This document shows, one piece after another, positions 1-13,675 of a stretch of 64,000 nucleotides of DNA. The stretch is from positions 27,493,872 through 27,557,871 of the forward strand of contig JARFYF010000112.1 of NCBI GenBank assembly GCA_030265395.1, given 5' to 3'. The notes beneath the pieces were generated by a model. It made no database searches, was not told the DNA's origin, and worked only from the letters and a program-made list of their open reading frames with translations. Position numbers and translations under genes: made by a program. This DNA comes from Rhina ancylostomus (taxonomy: Eukaryota). Position 1 is the first letter of the stretch, and each line of letters begins with the position of its first letter.

Positions 1-1396
1 TATCAACGTTCTGCAGTGTGCACCTGGGCATTCCTTTTCTTAAATGCCTTATTGTTAGACATATTTTAAGTAAGTAGAAAACCATGTTGATGCAAAATTT
101 GTGCAAAGGAAAGACAGAAAATGTTTCTGCCACGAACTGCACAATTTGACCCTGGCAGTATACTATACTGATGGGTACTCCACATCCATTCAGAAGCAGC
201 AACGGTCTCCAATAAGATAACCACCATTGTACTTTGTTCCAAATGGGTGAAGTATCCATGAGCCCGTGATTGCTAATGAGAGCTCAATGGTTCTCTTTGC
301 AACAGTCCAACTCAGTTGTGACTGTAAGCAAGACAGCTGTTGACGTGGATCAATGTTTGGAATGCCTCTGTACACGGCAGGCAGATAGGACTGCGACCAG
401 GAAAGCAAGAGCTAAAAAGAAGCACAATTAAAAAAGAGATATTAACCAGTCTAACATCTTCAAATTTGTGTCAAGAGGTATAGGAAAAACAAATACATCT
501 TCCCGCAAAGGGGGAATAAATGAAACTGATTCTCAAGACAGACAATTTGGCTCACTTTCATGCCTGGGGTTCCCACAGGAAACAAGAAGAATGATACGTC
601 TGGCATCTGGAATGGAAACAGATTCTGGAAGAAAAAACCTTTCAAAGCTTCATGGCTTTCACATTGCTTCCTGAGCCTTGTGTCATTAGCTGAGTTTTTT
701 TTCTGGCCCTGTATCTTCCCTCAAGCCTTAATTCACTATCTGTGCCTTTCCTTAAACACTAATCAATTTTGATGATGCAAGTCCCAAAACATTCACAACC
801 CTAAATAAAATTTCAGCATCACCATAAAAACCAAGCTCAAGGACACAAGTAAAATTCAGATTCATTCTAAACCACTCCAAATATCCATCAGCTAATCTCG
901 GCATCACAGGGCTCATTAGGAGTACATCTCATCCATTATTGTTACTCTATTAACACTTATGCTGAATTCATGCAGTACAGTGGAACTAAATGAATATATT
1001 CTAATGCATAAAACATCTGGATACCAACTTGTACAACGTAATAAGGCTGGCAACTGTTTTAATGTAATTCTGTTTTCAAAGTTTTGATATAATGATTTAC
1101 AAAATCCTGCTGGGCATCATTAGGCCTGAAATAAAATACCAATATAATGGTTTCCACTCCAGACCCTTATTCCTGCTATTTTAGATTTCATTATGGGAAG
1201 ACTTAACAAAACAAAGAAAATTATAAAAATTGCTTTCATCCTTATATTAATCAAAGAAGTTAACATGTGTTCCATATCTAAGCAGGTCAAATAATTTGCT
1301 ACATTTATTGCCAACCTTACAGCTGGTATAATTTCTGAATCCCAGTCTTTTCCCTCTGGATCAGACCCACCCTGGAGATACACCTGGCTTCCATGG

Positions 1397-1416
1397 GGCC
1401 AGCCACCTGGTGGCTA
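1397..1416 (-). promoter_or_regulatory. Candidate CTCF site
   Basis: Minus strand TAGCCACCAGGTGGCTG matches the CTCF core CCACCAGGTGGC. Confidence 0.45.
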
Positions 1417-3079
1417 GGAGGAACATCTGCAAACCACAAAAGAACTAAGTAGCCTGCATTCAAATCTTGGGCAGCCCTGGGTTTCATCAAATGGATACTC
1501 CATTGCTTATCTACTCCCTATTCAACAGGAAATGGATTCAAACACCATTTTTTGTTTGTTTGTTTTCACACATGTGTGTGTTTCTTTTGGTGGTTAAGAT
1601 GATGAAAATCGAAATATAACAAGTATTCTGCAATATCCTGGCTAACAAGTTACAGTGACATACTAATAAACACTTATAATTATATCATGAGCTGTAATTA
1701 AAGAAGCATCTTTAACCTTTATTTTATATTAGCATTTAACCTTTTAACTTTAATGAACAACATATTTTCCATTTGTCATCCAATTAGCAAACTCTAAACC
1801 ATACTTTACATGGAACTAGAAAATTGAAGAGAAGCAATGGTATGTCAGAGGAACATCTCAATTAACTGTGTCTTTAGTGAAGCAACCTGAAGTATGTCAA
1901 CATTCTGCTGTGTGCTAGAGTGTTCCAAGGAAGTGGCTCATATATGTTGCGTGAACATAGTAAGAACCTGATCATGACACTATTTGCAATGGTAAATGCT
2001 CTGCACCCCCTTAGTTAGAAGGGTGTGAAGTAGTTCAGTCGTACATTTAACCTTTGTGTGCATGGGAAGCGAGTGCCTGTGTACATGCATATGGATATTC
2101 TGTGAGATGGTGAAAATTCTGTGTAGCATTCTGATAAATTCCTTTACTTAAGCCTTTCAACTGCATTTGGCTGGGTAAATTCAGTTCTGATTGTATCACT
2201 GGAGCTCCAGATGAACAGGCATGTATATTCTATAGATATTAAATATCCAAATTCTTGAAATGACAAAGAGACTGGGATAGCTTTCAGCTAAGAAAATATT
2301 GTGTATAATCAACAACCTTTGGTTGAAATGGCCACAGTGTCTTCATCACCCGAGGATTTTATACATGTAAAACTGAACAGCTGCAGGAACAGCAGAGTCA
2401 ATAGGAGGAGTAGAAAAGTTACTGTGCCAAGCTGACTGAAAAGCACTGTTCCAGCTTTTTGCCACCATTACTGGTACTNNNNNNNNNNNNNNNNNNNNNN
2501 NNNNNNNNNNNNNNNNNNNNNNNNNNNNNNNNNNNNNNNNNNNNNNNNNNNNNNNNNNNNNNNNNNNNNNNNNNNNNNACTGGTACTGTCAGTTACATCA
2601 TTGCTCGGGCTGGGAACCTGGTGACATGAAAGGGTGATTATGCTCTTATATATTTATACCACAAACTGCCCCCTGCTTTTTATTTTAATTAACTCCTTTT
2701 AGAAGTTGTGAAAATGTCACCACACTTAGCCACAGCTCTCGATATAACGAAATTCGCTTAGAAACTTGATATTTTAAATCTGTATGTGGAATTGTGCATA
2801 GACCAAATAAGGTTGTTTTTAGTGACTTTCACAAATCTAAACTAAAACACTTCATTCTCTCCGCTTTTTCCGGTCAGATTCTGTTGACTGGTATCTGTGA
2901 CTCATTTGGACTGTTGCGTGGGTACATCCGCCTCCTTTAACCTGCCAGAAAACTTGTGGATCCACAGAAAACTGTGAGAGTATGCTACCATGAATAATGA
3001 TGCAGATTTAGTGCTATTTACTGTTGGGACCTGGTGCCAATATCCCAGAATCCCACTGTAAAATCATGGGGCCCTAAGC

Positions 3080-3672
3080 ATTTAACTACCATATCCTCAG
3101 CCCATCGTCACTTAAACCCTCATCTGTACCTTTACCTCCACACCCAACTATTAAGCGTTCTCTCCTGGTCAGGTCTCCATTTTCCATCTACCATAAATTT
3201 CCACTCTCAAAGTCTTGCTGCCTATATTCTATATTACATCAAGTCCCACACAAACTTCATCTCAATCTGTGATGAACATGTTGATCTCTGTTCCTCACAT
3301 AAAATGCACATTCATGTATTTAAATAATTACATGGCATTGCCTATCCCTTTAACTGTAACTTCCTCTACCTGCAAGGTTTGTAAACTCCTTATGTAACCT
3401 TTTCCTCTCCGCCAAACTCTTGCTGATCCCTTTCATTTACCTCATCACTGATGGCTGTTCCTTCAACTATGCTGAGAATATATCTGTAAAGCCTTNNNNN
3501 NNNNNNNNNNNNNNNNNNNNNNNNNNNNNNNNNNNNNNNNNNCTGTGACCAAGCTTTAGAACATCTCTCTTAATCTCTCCTTTCTTGGCTCAACAGCCAT
3601 TTAGTTTTCTCATATCTTTGCGGGTGTATTGAGATTATTTTCCAAAGTTCAAGGTGCTATAGGAATGCAAGA
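3080..3672 (+). mobile_element. Degenerate L2-like LINE 3' fragment (contains an N-gap)
   Basis: Pyrimidine-rich L2-type 3' region ending in aaggtgctataggaatgcaag; recognised from memory. Confidence 0.5.
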
Positions 3673-5459
3673 AATCTTAGATGAGAAAGTGGTGAGGTTA
3701 AAGTGTCAAAGGTAAGGAAACACACACTACTGTGTTCCATTGAATTAAAGCAGATTAACTATTCCACTAACAATTCTTTCCCATCTCTTCACACAAGCCT
3801 CCTCCCATGATTTCAACAAATAAGTATAACCTTTTAATGCTTTCTCCCTCATGGACTTATCTAGCCTCTTCTTAAATGTTTCAACAATGTATTTATGTTG
3901 GGACTTTCAATGTCAATCCCTCCCTTCGTACCTGTGTTTGAAGAGTTAATTATTGTACCAGGACCTATCCACTATCTTCAATACCGAATATGATGAACTT
4001 AATCCCTGCACCTTCCTCAACAATGCCACTTAACAAGTGCCACTCGTGGTCAGCATTACTTTGGCACACTCACTTTGAGGTTTATACTGTGAAAAATCAG
4101 GGACCCCTCTATTCGATGCAGGAATTTCTCCAAAAATGGTCCTTGGCAAAAGGCTCTGAAACCACAAGCAAATCACCAGGGTGCGGCTGCACACAGCCAC
4201 TAGTTGAATCCATTTTTAGTGTCTGGGAGCCACAGTCACAAAACCACAAATACCATTTTATAAACAATCTGTTTGATTCCTTTAAGAGCTTGTGGATTAT
4301 GGTGAGCAACAGGCAATATCACACAAATATCATTTCTTTAAAAACAAAAGCATTTGGCAGAGAGTGGGCAGTGTGCATCTGTCATTACCAGAAAAGGCGT
4401 AACCCCTTTTAGATTGGAATTGTTTGCAGTGCAGAATCTATAAAAGATCTCCCACCTCATCTCTCCAGCCAGCTTTCCCTCACACACTCCCTCCAGTACA
4501 CTACATGTTTTAAAAGAGCCAGATTGTAGCTTCCACCATTGAGTGGATCAGCAGCGAGTTGTTGAGCTGTATGGCCTGAGAAGGTCCCAGGTTTAGTCTT
4601 TGATTTACACTAAAGTGACAGTGACATGATACAATAGTCTTCAGGACAGATTGGTTGGGCTTCTATCTCCTGATTTTGTAATTCAGGATCCATGAAACTA
4701 CATTGTCAATGAATCATCATCATTAGAAGAGTCACCATCATCAGATGAGTGCTGAAAATTTGAGTTTTCACAGGCAATTTTCACTGCTTCCAGGAATGTA
4801 ACTTATTTTATTTTTCATCAATGTAACTCTCAGTTTTTTTATATTAAGGCATTGCTACTTCACTGAGCTCCGTATATACTCACTCGTCCTTAGAAAAACC
4901 ATTTGTTTGAGGAGCACTGGGGAGAATCTTTAATTGGAGATATGCCGGCCAAAGATGGTACCTTACTGGGTAATGTTAATTGCCTGTTCTTCAACAGGCC
5001 TAAGTCACATTGCCACATTAACAGTGACTGCCCCTCATTAAATGACCATTTTCAAAGTCTCCTCAGCACTTTGTTTTATGACAAAGGTACTGTTGAAATA
5101 ATAAAGATGAAGCGTGATAAGGAAATGCAGCGATCTTTTTCATTTGAACCACATTGTTATCCTTGGGCCTGTGTTTCCTTGCAATTTGCTTACATTGGCT
5201 CTAGTGCAAGAATCTGGGACCATCCCAGAGACAGATTTCTTCAATTATACATCAGTTATGCTATCCATGTGGCAGTGAATAGGTTTGCTGCGGGTGGGGA
5301 ATGATGTCATCATAATGCTATGCCTCATTATATATCAGAATGGGGAACAATATGGAGCAGAGACTTGGAGCTACATGGACAATAATCATAGACAAGTGAT
5401 CATACTGCACACTGGATAACTCATTTTAGAGGCATTTTGGTTTCAGAGATCCAATATAA

Positions 5460-5788
5460 TCAGATAATCAGCCCATACTGAGCAGTACTGAGGACACTGC
5501 ATTATCATAAGTACCATTCTATAAACTAAACTTTAAAGTGTTAACCTATCTTTTATTTGGATCCATGTAAAACAAAGTACATTAAGAAAATTTAGACTGT
5601 TTAATAATCTTAACATTAAAATCAAAATGCCATTTCAAATATGATAGATTTCATCTCATGTGCTGGATGGAGTCATGTGTCACATATGCAACAGCAACTT
5701 CACTTCAAGACCAATTTGCTAGTCTTAAAATGCTTTGAGATGTCCTGAGGGAAGTTAAATGTGCAATATAAATGCAAGTTCTTTCCTT
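5460..5788 (+). mobile_element. Degenerate Deu-domain SINE (SacSINE1/AmnSINE1-like)
   Basis: gcagtactgagg...ctgca core and tail gctttgagatgtcctgagg...tataaatgcaagttcttt. Confidence 0.55.
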
Positions 5789-6369
5789 CGATCTCACCAA
5801 ATTCCAATAGTGGATCACTACAAGGTAAACTAAAGCACCCAATTATAGCATTGGTGGTGTACCTTCACCTTTTTGCATTTCATTTTGCATCAAACTGTAT
5901 CAAATCAGAGTATCTCATTCCCTAGGAGTTTACTGAGCCTCCTCAGTTTTCAAACACGGTTATGTCTTAAATTATCAAGGTTAAAAGCGTTGGAATTTCT
6001 TCCTTGATTTCTTCACTTCTCCAACAGTTTATCTTCCTCATTAAAACTTACCATATCTCCCTGTGTGGCTCCGTATCATACTTTGACCCATATGCAACAC
6101 ATTTCAATTGCGTTAAGGTGGTTTAAATAGTTAACGGTACAATACAATACAAAAACATGTTGTTCTTTATGACACAAAAGAGCCCAACATTAAAATAAAT
6201 GAAACTTTACAATAGTCCCAACTCCACACTCATGCTGTGGTGCTGCTGGAATGTTTAAAAATAAATTTTACGCTAAGAATTTTGGAGAATTCTCCATCCA
6301 GGATATACTCTGAAAATAAATTCAAAAGACAAAATTCTGCAAAGTTCTCCCACCACATGTACAACTCGG

Positions 6370-6515
6370 GGTAACTTACAGTGGTCAATTAATCTATCAG
6401 TCAGCTGGGAGGAAACCTGACTTTGAGTCATTTCCACACAGATAGCACTCGAAGTCAGGGTTGAATGTGGGTCACTGGAGCAGCAGCTTTATCTGCTGCA
6501 CAATTACACCACCTC
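6370..6515 (-). mobile_element. HE1/V-SINE-like fragment
   Basis: ccacacagatagcac...gtcagggttgaatgtgggtcactggagc pattern, i.e. the reverse complement of a tRNA-derived head. Confidence 0.45.
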
Positions 6516-7764
6516 ATTGATAGTTTGGGTTTATGAACAATCAGTGACCTTATTCATTAAACCATATGATCTCCAATCTGTGCTAAGCGAGCTGATCTCA
6601 GCCGATTTTGCGTCTTAGCACTTTTGGAATTTGGAATGTGCCAAATGAGGGAACTTTCTGAGGCTACTGAAATCTCTGCTGGGAGCATTGCACTGTGAGC
6701 GACAGGTGAGGATCCTCCTTTGTACAGTAGCCTGCTGATGCCACCACAGTTTACAGGCAATCTTGTTTTTTTTTAAATAAGGCGAAGCATATTTTAAAGT
6801 TGGCTGAAAACTGGCAGAGGAAGAAATCAAAAAAGAAACTGATAATAAAATTGAAAATGCAAAGTAGTTTTAACCAAGTTACACAATGGTTGAACATTGC
6901 TGTTTAAAGTCATGTTTTATAAATACATCCTTAAAACAGAAATTTGTTAATGTATGTTCTTGAAATCCACAATTTTATTTGTACCATCTGTTCATGCCCT
7001 GCTTTAGTTGGAATTCCTTCCCTGAACCTCTTCCTGAAAACTTGTCCTAATATTAGGATGGACATCAATTTTTCTCTGATAGTTCTCCTAGGAGGCATCA
7101 CTGGGACATTCTGCTATGTGAAAGGTACTATACAGATACCTGGGCTTATGTAAAGTGCCTGGATAATGAGATTTGAGGATACTGACAATCTACTGCTGAA
7201 ATTTAAGCTGAAGGTAACAATTCATAATGAAAGATTTGTTCTGTATGATTGGGGATAACAAAATTTCAATATGTTTTGTAAGAGTTTCTATTATCCTCTA
7301 TGTGATTATTGAAAATTTAAAACATCTGACATTCGACACACCAAACTGCTGTTGGCAAACATTTTAAAACTGACATGGTGACATGAAGAAAGTTCCACCC
7401 CATGTTGTTTGCATCCTTCAGTCAAAACTTGTTGGAGGGAAGCTGTCCAGAGCACAGGAGCTGACCTGCTAATCCAAAGACATGGGATTCTTGGCAGATT
7501 GATCCACTAGCCATGGATGACTGAATTCTTCAGTTTGTGAAAGTGCATCCCTTTTGTACCCTGATGCCATAAATTCTCTCAGTTTAAAGACAGCAGTTAG
7601 TTCCAGTGACCTGGACAAGCCAGTACTTTCCAAACGCTGGGGAATTAAAACTAGGAAGAAGCAACTAGATAGAGTATTTTAAGGATCTGACAAGAAAAGT
7701 CCCTGTACTTACAAGTAAGATATAAGCAATCATATGCATATAGCACACAGGTACATTCTTAATT

Positions 7765-8395
7765 ATTGTCCAGAGACCAGAACACAAAATTGAGATGAGC
7801 ACTCCAGTGCAGAAGTGAGAGAGCACCATACTGCTGGAAGTGCCACCTTTTGGATGAGACATTAAACCAAGATTTTGTCTGCCATTTGGGTAAAAACTGA
7901 AAATGCTAGAAATATCAACAAATCAGGCAGCATCTGTGGAGAAAGGAACAGAGTTAATATTTCAGTTCAATGACTTTTCACAACCTGATTTGGTAAAAGG
8001 TTATCAACCTGATTAAATCCATTTTTCTCTGCACAAGTGCTACCTGACCAGCTACGTATTTCCACCATATGCTCTTTTATCTCCAGGTTGCACTGTCTGC
8101 AGTTCTTTGCTTTTGAGCTTGCCTGCCATTCAGTTAGATGTAAGGGATACTGTGACTGTATTTTGAAGAAGACAGTAGAGCTATTCTAGGTATTCTGGCC
8201 AACATTCAACCTTCAGTCAACATCAGTGGTCATCTGGTTGTTATCACAATGCTGCTGGTGGGAGCTTACAGCGAGCAAACTGGTTGTTGTGTTTTCTACA
8301 TTACAACAGTGTCCACATTTCAAATGTACTTCATTGGCTGGGTAGCGCTTTGGAACAGTTTGAGGTCATGGAAAATACTACAGAAATGTAAAAAT
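7765..8395 (+). mobile_element. Deu-domain SINE (SacSINE1/AmnSINE1-like) split by a Penelope-type insertion
   Basis: cactccagtgcag...gtgccaccttttggatgagacattaaacc before the insertion; ctacattacaacagtg...gtacttcattggctg...gcgctttgg after it. Confidence 0.75.
7887..8118. mobile_element. Old Penelope-type hairpin element nested in the SINE
   Basis: Inverted arms tcaggcagcatctgtggaga / tctctgcacaagtgctacctga; flanking near-duplication ttgtctgccatt (7875-7886) / ttgcctgccatt (8119-8130). Confidence 0.7.
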
Positions 8396-8899
8396 ATCTG
8401 GCTCTAGTCTCTTCCTTTCAACATGTAATGAGAAAACGTCAGCAGCAGTTTTCTACTAAAAGTCATCTTCAATCTGACCAAGAACTGAGCCCCCCTCTCC
8501 CCTTAGAATACTCCTGCACTTTGTTGTTAGTGCTGCTTTGATATTCTCAACTTTCGATTGAAATGTTTGGCATGTGTATCTCATTCACTTGAAAGAATTT
8601 GTATTGAAACCGTATAATCGGCCAGCATTTAACCTTTTGCCTTTGTCAAGTTTAGATTTCCATGAAAAAAGTTCTAGGGCGAAAGGTTTAAAAGCACGCC
8701 TGCACAAAGCTGGACCTCTGAATCAGTAAATTTGAACAATATGTGGAAACTCTCTCAGGTAATGTTAAAAACAAAAGTTCTTGGGTAGTGTAGCAGCCCC
8801 ATCCCCTCTGCATTTTTGTTTCAGATTAGCTGAGAATTTCGAGCAAAGGGCTGCTTTTAACTTTTCCACATCAGTCAACTAAATTTATTAAATTACACC

Positions 8900-9010
8900 G
8901 AGTTGACAGCACAGAGACAGGCCATTTGGCCCAACTGGTACATTCCAATGTAGGCTCCACACTTGCCTTCTCCTATCATAACTCCTCTTACCCTACCTTC
9001 TATTCCTTTG
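8900..9010 (-). mobile_element. CR1 LINE 3' end fragment
   Basis: cagcacagagacaggccatttggccc terminal motif, similar to the other CR1 ends in this window. Confidence 0.5.
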
Positions 9011-12000
9011 TCCGTCATCTCATTTCGCCTTTACACTTGCTTTGTCCTTTTCTCCCATTCAATCAGATCTGATTTAAATTAGTTTGGAGACCTCACATTT
9101 TGTTGCACAATGCGCTAACGAGTTTCTACAAAAATATTGCTCCATGTGGAACCATCATTGTCACTTAAAATATTCAGTATTCTCTGAGTACTGAGCTCTA
9201 ACTGGAATGCAATGCAAACATTTCATTATTAGTTGTCTCAGTAATAACCTTTCAAAAATGTTGCCTATGTCACTAAATAAATCAAAATAGATATGGGCAA
9301 TTGCTTATATAGTACTTTTCCCTGGACTCTCAGCACAGTCAGTACAATGACTGAACCTCAGCTGTTCCCTGGCTCGTTTGGCTGAGTTAGTTGCAAGGTG
9401 AGGATGGGGTAAAGGAAATTAGGCTAGTGAGGAGGACACCAATCACCCCCAGTGATCCTCACTGTCATTTCATGTAGGTGGATGTAGAGTGAGAGCAAGA
9501 GCAAGCTGAGTTTGTAGTGGTTATTCGTTGTTGGGTTTTCCATACAAAAGGCAGTCACTTAGCCAAATTACAGGAAGGTGAAAGGTATTAGTGCAAGTCT
9601 GTGAGCATAGGGATAATGGGTTAATGAGGCTTGATACCCCAGCCAAATTTTCAATGAGTCTTTAGATAATAAAGGCATGCGTATCAAAAATCACATTCAT
9701 TCTGACTCACATACTTCGGTGAGAATCTGTTAATTGTACAAATACACAAAAAACAGAAAGATATTATAGGCACTAAAACCTCACATTTTGAAAGGCCTGT
9801 CATTATTGTTAATTTTTTTTTATTTTAAGCTTTGGGTCTTTGGGGCCATGGGAAATATACCTTAAACAAGTGCTTTCTTTAAATAGTAGCTGTAATGTTG
9901 TTGAATAGTAAGTCTAACTAACAAACTCTGTAGGACAAAGGATATGTAATTTACAGCCTTTTCTAAATAAACAGCAGTAGGCAGGATGGAGAGATGGGAA
10001 GGTGAAAGGAAACCATCTTGTAAAGTTTAATATTGTTGCAGTTCTTAAAACATTCACTATTTTGCATTGTCCAAATTCCAGTTGAAATATAATTTGGTAA
10101 TTGATGCCATGTTAAAAAGTCAAAGAATCCTTCACTGAGGGGATAAAGGTCACGGCTTTCATTAGAATAACAGATACAGATTTATTAACTGCGGCTGAAT
10201 TGCACAATAAATCATCGTTACCTCTTGTTAGGACACCAACACCTTTATTCTTTTGGGGTAACTCATAAATCTGTATTAGGGTATGGCAGCCAATTATTTT
10301 TGCAATCGAATACTCAATCCATTACTGATTAAATCAAGAATTTGGGCTATACTAAATATATTGGCAGGTAAACAGACAAAAACAAGTATCAGCGAGCCTC
10401 AGCATGCACAGAATTTGGGATTAGGCTGTGTGTGTGAGTATTTTTTTCCATTAGCATGTGTGTCAATTTCTCAGTTAATAAACTGAAAGGCTATAAATAT
10501 ATTGTAATGTTTGCTGTGCAGCAAAGCTAGCTGGTCTCTGTATATCAACTTAACTACTGAATAAAATACATAGGCACTGTAATACTCTACCCATATCAAT
10601 TCAAGGACAAAGTGATTAGTTAAGTATCTATTTCTATCATAATGTTCCCCTCTTGCCAATATCCTACATGACATAGTACAGCCTAGCTAAGGCAATACCA
10701 AAAGNNNNNNNNNNNNNNNNNNNNNNNNNNNNNNNNNNNNNNNNNNNNNNNNNNNNNNNNNNNNNNNNNNNNNNNNNNNNNNNNNNNNNNNNNNNNNNNN
10801 NNNNCCCAAACTGATGTCAGTAAATGACTGTTGTAAGTCACAAAATATCACATTTCATATTCTATTCAAAGCCTCAAGTATTATTCCTCTGTAAATGGAG
10901 AAGGTATCATTTTAAAACCATTCTTCGCATGTGTATTATTTTTCATTTGCATTCTATCTTGAAATGGTCAAATCATGGTATATCACATATACTAAATTTT
11001 ACACAGCAGAATTTAAGCAGGGCACAATTCCACTGAACAATTTTTTTTTGTAAACTTGAGTACAATGAAGCATACCAAAACATGTCATTAGAGGTGAAAC
11101 AAAACACGTCAGAGTCCGCAAAAGATTAAAATCATTGAGGAATATTCTTCCTCTGAATAGCTTTATGTTTGGGGTTCTTTTGAAGAAAATAAATGCAGAC
11201 ACATGCACAGAAACAAACTCATGTACAGGCATATAATAAATACAGACACACAAACACTTCTATTCTCTAGTTGCTTTATAATGTTTAGCATTAAGACTGA
11301 CTTGCATAATCTTGTACATGACTGGTGATGAGAAACAGATTCAGCCTCTGCACAATGTAAGGGACCATTCATTGGAGTTAGTGCAGNNNNNNNNNNNNNN
11401 NNNNNNNNNNNNNNNNNNNNNNNNNNNNNNNNNNNNNNNNNNNNNNNNNNNNNNNNNNNNNNNNNNNNNNNNNNNNNNNNNNNNNNTGCAGGCATTAAAA
11501 ACATTATGTATCTGGTGCTGTTGTGCATTATGCAATCTCCCAAGGGTTACAGAAAATCCAAGATGAGGCGATTAAACCTCTGCCAAGAAAAAGATTGCCT
11601 TTTAAAGCTATAACATAAGACAAACACCATAAAGGAGCTGAGTCCCTGTCAGGGCTGAAAAGGGACAGAATTCACAATTTAACAAACAAGCACATAGAAC
11701 TGATAAATGGTCATACACAAACTGGGCAGCACCAAGAACCATAGCAATTAATACTCTGCTAGTTTTTTTTTCAAACAATCTCTTGTCAAAACATATCCAA
11801 GTAGTCTTCAACAGCTAGCAAATAAAAAGCATTTAAAGTCATTTTACATACCCTCTGACTAAGTTTCCATTTCCTTTTCTAAGAAAAAGTCTTTAGCTCA
11901 CTTGCCTTTAAATGGAAACAATTTGGAAGATGGTTCCTACAATAAGTGCATACAATTTATTATGGCTTTTTGATTGCATGAAAGGATTTCTAGGCTGCAC

Positions 12001-13499
12001 TCTTAGTGTTTGAAGACAGTGGATCCTATTTGTACACAGCCTCAACTGCAGCAATAATTTTGCCTTTTAAGCTACTTTGGGGATCATCGAAGTGTCATTT
12101 CACACATGTGAGTCATCATTCTGGATTTGTACACATTTCAATATTAATCCCAAAGGAAATGAGATTATCACACCCACAAACATAAAATTGCATGGTGCTA
12201 ACAACAAAAAAGTTAAATTGAAAGGTCTTAATGATTTTGAAGAAAATGTTCCGTTCCACGTACATGTTTTAATGTAAAATAAACTTTCATTGCGGCGGTA
12301 TGTTTTTAAATAAAAAGTGCTATATGGAAATGCCACTGATTAGTAAATAAAATGAACTCCTTAGGTACTGAATTCCCTATTATCAGCACTGAAGGAGTTA
12401 ATGCCTCTGTCAACATGATCACCCAGAAAAGATGGGACTTTTATCTGGATCCCCCTTCAAATTTTGCACTTGGCATACAGCACAGAAAATCATGTAAAGC
12501 CTCACCTGCAGATAAAATCGGACCATTTTCAAAGAACCATTTTAGATTTCTTGGTGAGGATAAGCATAGTTTCTTTAGCCTTCAAAGTTTATAAAGTAAA
12601 ACTATATAAAAAGAGGGATGGGGAAATCAATATAGTTTTACTTAAGCAAGTTGATTGTAAACTGGGCCCTCACGATTCATAATACTGGTTTTGCACAGAT
12701 TGTCATCCATGTGATGAAAGGAAAATAGTCAGATCTAATTAGTGAACTAAATTATTTTAAATATTGCATTTGTCAATACATCTACTCCTAACCAATTACA
12801 TACAATTATCAATATGTTGAGCTCTTCTCAATATATGTGCTGTAAAGCCAGTAAGATTTCATTAGATGTAGACCATTGTTCTTGTAACATTGCGAGCTTT
12901 CCTAGGCAGTGCTACGTTTATCTTATTTTCGAGGTTTATAAATATATCTTTTTTGTATCAATTGGACATTGATATAAAATATCTGCTAAAAATGAATCAA
13001 GTTGCTAACAGGCAAGTTAGAAAGAAACAGCATAAAAACTATTTTCATTGTCACCTATGACCAAAGAGGTTTTTTTTTGGAAACTTTGATTGCTTTTGTG
13101 TCATAGGGTGTTAGAGTCATCAGGTGTTAGAGAGATGTCACAGACACTTGGCTGCTGACAGACACACCCCACTAACTGTTAATAAAACACATCAGTCTTC
13201 ACTTTCAAGCTACCCTCTTCCAGAAAGGTTCCACAGGCCTAAAGGCTTTTGCAGCAATAGCTCCCCAGATACCAATTATACCATTGCCAAGGTAACCTCT
13301 AATTTGGGCTGAGAAAGAATATTTTAGGGCCTATTGGAGCTAGAGTTTTACCATGATTATAACATTTATTACTGATAATCTTCTTCAATAATGCTTCAAA
13401 ATTTGCACTAAGCTTCCAAAGCATCAGCCAAACCCTTAACCCCTGACACCTGGAACAAGGACACCAACAAACTCTTTGTTCCCCTCTAAGACACACACC

Positions 13500-13675
13500 A
13501 TCCCAATTTGGAAATTCATGGCCACTTCTTTCTTGCTGCTGGTCAAGATCCTCAAATTCCTCCCTAAGATCACTGCCTGCAGCACTGTGGGAGTACTGCA
13601 GGGACTCGCCACCATCTTCTCAAGTCAAACCAGGAAAGCTAATAAATGCTGTCCTGGCCAGTGATACCCTTATGC
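13500..13675 (+). mobile_element. LINE 3' end fragment (CR1/L2 clade)
   Basis: cagcactgtggg...caccatcttctcaag...aataaatgctgtcctggccagtga tail. Confidence 0.45.

Noticed and set aside
1-259. Minus-strand ORF from ATG 259 (MDTSPIWNKVQWW...) open to the window edge
   Set aside because: No resemblance to the expected next TNRC18/BAHCC1 exon or to any protein I recognise
2470-2587. Direct repeat actggtact flanking a 100-N gap (similarly tgcag around 11387-11486)
   Set aside because: More likely overlapping contig ends around placeholder gaps than a target-site duplication
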